Source: Desulfobacterales bacterium (GTDB taxonomy: Bacteria; Desulfobacterota; Desulfobacteria; Desulfobacterales; DTYH01). From it: a stretch of DNA of 47,880 nucleotides. Of the stretch, positions 46,818-47,880 are shown one piece after another. The first letter of the stretch is position 1. The number at the start of each line of letters is the position of its first letter. The position numbers and the translations under genes were made by a program. Below the pieces are notes generated by a model. The model made no database searches, had not been told where the DNA came from, and saw only the letters and a list, made by a program, of their open reading frames with translations. The stretch spans positions 1-47,880 of the forward strand of contig DTYH01000241.1 of assembly GCA_012961955.1 (NCBI GenBank), in the 5' to 3' direction.

Positions 46818-47749
46818 ATTCCGTAATCGAAGACCGTCTTGCTGCCATTGAACAGGACAAGAAACGGGGTGCAGTTCAACTGGCAGCAGAAGCCATCCGC
46901 GTCCTTATGCTGGCCAGCCACGAAGTCTCTGCGCCTGACACTCCGCAATTCCTTTCAAAGATGAAGGAAATTGTTCTCAGAATATCCAAGTGCCGACCAT
47001 CCATGGCCCCGCTCACCAACTGGGGATTGATCTTCTATGAACGTCTTCTCGATAGCATATTGCCGGATTTCACGCCAGTAGAAGCCGCAAACGCGGCAGA
47101 AAGGATAGGGCTTCAGCTTCTTGAAGAACAAAACGCCATTCTCATGAAGATGGTTGATGTGGCACGCTCTCTTCTCCGCTCGGAAAAGGTTATACTGACC
47201 TTGAGCTATTCATCCACAGTAGAAGCCATCCTAAGCCAGGCTGCCCCACTGGCATGTCAGATCATAGTGGCCGAATCCCGGCCCCTGCTTGAAGGGAGAA
47301 GGCTGGTTCTCAACCTTAAGGAGAAGGGTTTTTCCGTTCGTTGCATCACGGATGCGGAAGTTTCATATTTTGTCCGTGACGTGAGTCTTGTCCTGTTGGG
47401 AGCCGACTCTATTTGTAACGATCTAAGTGCAATAAACAAAGTGGGGAGTCTTGCTGCAGCACTTGCCGCCCAGGAATACAAAAAACCCTGTACGATCGCT
47501 GCCGACACCTTAAAGATAGATCCACTACATTCATCGGAGACTATTGAGCTGGAAGAGAAGACAGGGGATGAGGTCTGGCCAGAACACCCCCACCTCTGCA
47601 TTAATATCTACTTTGAGCCGATTCCAAGACACCTAATTACCTCATATATTACAGAGAAGGGGGTTTTTGATGCTGATCGTATGTTTCTGGAAGTAACGCG
47701 CTGGAAGGAATTACGTGAAAAAATGATGATGGGTCACATAACTGGTTGA
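46814..47749 (+). CDS. eIF-2B alpha/beta/delta-like family protein (ribose-1,5-bisphosphate / MTR-1-P isomerase family)
   Basis: 311-aa ORF. LSYSSTVEAIL, VAESRPLLEGRRL, LLGADSICNDLSAINKVGS are typical of the IF-2B family. Its size is closer to the e2b2/R15P-isomerase type than to MtnA. Confidence 0.75.
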   Translation: MNSVIEDRLAAIEQDKKRGAVQLAAEAIRVLMLASHEVSAPDTPQFLSKMKEIVLRISKCRPSMAPLTNWGLIFYERLLDSILPDFTPVEAANAAERIGLQLLEEQNAILMKMVDVARSLLRSEKVILTLSYSSTVEAILSQAAPLACQIIVAESRPLLEGRRLVLNLKEKGFSVRCITDAEVSYFVRDVSLVLLGADSICNDLSAINKVGSLAAALAAQEYKKPCTIAADTLKIDPLHSSETIELEEKTGDEVWPEHPHLCINIYFEPIPRHLITSYITEKGVFDADRMFLEVTRWKELREKMMMGHITG

Positions 47750-47814
47750 CCGTACCTCCCCCTGTAACTTAGAAGAAGGTACATACATACATCTTTCTGA
47801 AGAGCCAAGGTGTG

Positions 47815-47880
47815 ACGGTCTCGTGAAAACTCGTTTTGCGAACACTATTGAGCAATTTAATCCCAGGATTGCTCACCGAG
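47815..47880. repeat. Dispersed repeat family D, copy D3 (runs to the window edge)
   Basis: ggtctcgtgaaaactcgttttgcgaacactattgagcaatttaatcccaggattgctcaccgag. Confidence 0.7.

Noticed and set aside
2600-47880. The many repeated sequences could have been a CRISPR array or IS elements.
   Set aside because: The copies are dispersed singly, not in regularly spaced direct repeats. No cas genes or transposase ORF are present, so they are better described as REP/MITE-like elements.
1-47880. A scan for tRNA, rRNA or tmRNA genes (T-loop GGTTCGAATCC-like motifs, long conserved rRNA stretches).
   Set aside because: The only GTTCGA/TCGAATC-like matches fall inside protein-coding genes, with no flanking cloverleaf complementarity.

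Overview
A 47.9-kb chromosomal window that looks like a sulfate-reducing, Wood-Ljungdahl-type Desulfobacterota (deltaproteobacterial) genome; the taxon is an inference from gene content. Housekeeping genes: mutL 3' part, phasin-like + ubiB, yqgE/algH, an MBL hydrolase, an RNase II/R family enzyme, DUF488, and Nudix + eIF-2B-like. Energy-metabolism genes: sat, plus a ~10.8-kb minus-strand cluster (23.8-34.5 kb) with two MetF paralogs, MetV, two ~1000-aa tandem-module HdrA paralogs and two MvhD paralogs. Directly upstream of the cluster lie two PAS histidine kinases and a sigma54-dependent NtrC-type activator, and a good -24/-12 promoter precedes the cluster. Main point: the ORF track splits four genes (both hdrA, both mvhD) at in-frame TGA codons. 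These TGAs sit where homologs carry conserved Cys (for mvhD, Cys in the paralog in this window) and are followed by stem-loops, so I read them as selenocysteine codons. That makes a four-selenoprotein HdrA/MvhD/MetFV module with no hdrBC in the window; one MvhD also carries a winged-helix-like C-terminal extension. Other notable content: a decayed pair of BcrB/C-HgdA/B-type genes (frameshifts plus a nonsense codon); a frameshifted conserved hypothetical gene; a translationally coupled radical SAM/SPASM + MenA-like prenyltransferase pair; a cation/H+ antiporter fused to a PTS-EIIA(Ntr)-like domain. The long intergenic regions hold at least four families of dispersed palindromic (MITE/REP-like) repeats, including one nested insertion with a putative target-site duplication. 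I saw no tRNA/rRNA genes, CRISPR array or intact transposase.
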